A program made the translations under genes and the position numbers. Source: Promethearchaeota archaeon (GTDB lineage: Archaea; Asgardarchaeota; Lokiarchaeia; Sigyniarchaeales; SOKP01). From it: DNA of 64,000 bases. Where the stretch lies: assembly GCA_030603385.1 (NCBI GenBank), contig JAUVXW010000003.1:32001-96000 (forward strand), given 5' to 3'. Positions 62,137 to 64,000 of this stretch are shown here, piece after piece. The notes under the pieces are model-generated. The model saw only the letters and a program-made list of their open reading frames with translations, did no database searches and was not told where the DNA came from. Numbering within the stretch: position 1 is the first letter of the stretch; the number at the start of each line of letters is the position of its first letter.

Positions 62137-63852
62137 ATGTCGAGTGGTAAAAAAATTAATGGTGGCGATGTTTTAATTAAATGCCTTTTAGAAGAAAATG
62201 TTAAATATATGTTTGGTATCCCTGGTGGGCAATTATTAAGTATGTATGATGCTGTTTATCGATGGGGTAGAGAAAAAGGTATCGATACTGTAATGTTTCG
62301 TCATGAACAGGCAGCTGCGCATGCAGCAGATGCTTGGGCAAGAATTACCAATACCCCAGGTGTTTGTTTTGGGACTGTTGGTCCTGGTGCGATGCATCTA
62401 GTTCCTGGTGTTGGGGCAGCATGGGCGGATAATATACCTGTTATAGCCATTGTACCTCAAGTTGATATTGCTTTACAGGATACTTTTACATTACAAGGGA
62501 ATCTTGATCAGGTAGCGTTATTTAAACCAATTACAAAATACCAAAAAAGTATAAGAGAATTAAAAAAAATTCCGGATGCAGTTCATAAAATATTTCGGGA
62601 GGCAACAGGAGGGCGACCTCAGCCTGTATTATTAGAAATTTTTCCAGATGCTTTGATTGAGCGTGTTAAGGAAGAAGATCTTCAAATTCTGTCAGCTAAA
62701 CAATATAGGGCGATTAATAAGCCAGCAATTTCTAAAGATATAATTAGCAAATCATTAGATTTATTATTAAGTGCGGAGAAACCTTTGATTGTATCTGGGG
62801 GAGGTGTCACACGATCAGGAGGATGGGATGAAGTACAGGAATTAGCAGAATATTTACAGATCCCTGTGATTACCACAGTTATGGGTACAGGGACGATGTC
62901 ATCGAGATCAAAATGTAATCTTGGAGTAGCAATGAATAATGCTATTTTTCAGGCAACTAGTCAGTCAGATATGGTTTTAGCTCTTGGTTGCAAATTTGGG
63001 TTTTCTATGGGGCATGGTAAATCACCTACTTGGAGTAAATCCCAAAAGATGATACAAGTTGATATTGACCCAACAATAATTGGTCGTGCTAAGCCAATTA
63101 CACTAGGTATTGAGGGGGATTGTAAAATATTTCTAAAACAAATTCTTGAGGAAGTTAAGAAAACTAAAGAAGTTGAAAAAAGAGAGTGGATGGAGACTTT
63201 AGCTGAAAGTAGGAAGAGTGTTATTGAATCAAAGATTAATGTAGCTTCAAATGATGAGATCCCAATAGATCCTCAAAGAATGATTAAAGATGTATTTCAA
63301 TTTATGGATGATGATGCTATATTAATTATCGATGGCGGAAATATTGCATTTTATGCTTTAGAGCAAATTGATTACTATAAACCCAGGAAACCTCTCTCAA
63401 CTCTTCAGGCAATCGGAATGGGACATCTTGGGGTATCTGTACCATATGGAATTGCCGCAAAATTAGCAAAACCAGACAAACAGGTAATTTCAATTTCTGG
63501 TGATGGGGCTTTTATGATAAATATCAATGATCTAGAAACTGCTGTAAGGCTTGGTTTGAAAAATTTAATTTATGTTATTGGGAATAACAGTGCATGGGGG
63601 ATGATTAAAGTTGGGCAAGAATTTGGGTATCAAAAGCGTTATATAGATGTAGATTTTCCAGATTTTGATTTTGCCAGATGTGCTGAGGGATTTGGATGTT
63701 ATGGGGAAGTAATAACTGATCCAAATGAAATCACCCCTGCTCTTAATAGAGCTAAAAACTCAGGTAAACCAGCAGTATTAGATGTTAAAATCAAATACGC
63801 CACCCCTGATGTTCTTATGTTATTGTTTTCATTGGGAGTATATTTTAGGTAA
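62137..63852 (+). CDS. ThDP-dependent enzyme, copy 2
   Basis: Colinear paralog of copy 1. Confidence 0.9.
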   Translation: MSSGKKINGGDVLIKCLLEENVKYMFGIPGGQLLSMYDAVYRWGREKGIDTVMFRHEQAAAHAADAWARITNTPGVCFGTVGPGAMHLVPGVGAAWADNIPVIAIVPQVDIALQDTFTLQGNLDQVALFKPITKYQKSIRELKKIPDAVHKIFREATGGRPQPVLLEIFPDALIERVKEEDLQILSAKQYRAINKPAISKDIISKSLDLLLSAEKPLIVSGGGVTRSGGWDEVQELAEYLQIPVITTVMGTGTMSSRSKCNLGVAMNNAIFQATSQSDMVLALGCKFGFSMGHGKSPTWSKSQKMIQVDIDPTIIGRAKPITLGIEGDCKIFLKQILEEVKKTKEVEKREWMETLAESRKSVIESKINVASNDEIPIDPQRMIKDVFQFMDDDAILIIDGGNIAFYALEQIDYYKPRKPLSTLQAIGMGHLGVSVPYGIAAKLAKPDKQVISISGDGAFMININDLETAVRLGLKNLIYVIGNNSAWGMIKVGQEFGYQKRYIDVDFPDFDFARCAEGFGCYGEVITDPNEITPALNRAKNSGKPAVLDVKIKYATPDVLMLLFSLGVYFR

Positions 63853-63919
63853 ATATTTAAAAAACAAAAAATAAAAGAAATACCAATTTTTATATAAATT
63901 TTTACATTAGGTGAAAAAT

Positions 63920-64000
63920 TTGGCAGAAGAAAAGAAAATGATGAATGGTGGAGATGTTTTAGTGAAATGTCTCCTCCAAGAAAATGTGAAATATATGTTT
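63920..64000 (+). CDS. ThDP-dependent enzyme, copy 3 (N-terminus only; runs off window)
   Basis: AGGTGA SD; MAEEKKMMNGGDVLVKCLLQENVKYMF matches the paralog starts. Confidence 0.85.
   Translation, partial: MAEEKKMMNGGDVLVKCLLQENVKYMF

Noticed and set aside
1-64000. Many 60-145 aa ORFs antisense to or nested in long genes (e.g. 7636-8001, 12666-13103, 34218-34547, 60315-61711)
   Set aside because: Shadow frames of well-supported genes, with no motifs or SD sites.

Overview
AT-rich archaeal DNA, almost certainly from an Asgard archaeon (Lokiarchaeia-like). The basis is four Rab-like small GTPases (one roadblock-fused), a JAMM protein, HEAT/LRR and TPR proteins, and archaeal TATA/SD signals. 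Most of the window is anaerobic heterotrophic metabolism: beta-oxidation/ETF, methylmalonyl-CoA mutase, two 2-oxoacid:ferredoxin oxidoreductases, HdrA-MvhD, 4-hydroxybutyryl-CoA dehydratase and tandem ThDP enzymes. The most unusual region is 19.8-28.6 kb, a duplicated module of [multi-wHTH-TPR regulator, minus strand] - [18-bp palindrome at a fixed distance from a TATA box] - [SD-led microproteins missed by the ORF track] - [Rab-like GTPase], flanked by a UEV/E2-like-JAMM fusion. Other notable items are a circularly permuted PorB, an in-frame TAG in a secreted metalloprotease, a probable ATA start codon, and a Q-to-E GTPase coupled to a TrmB-like regulator. I saw no rRNA, tRNA, CRISPR array or transposase. 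All calls come from motif reading by eye; no searches were run.
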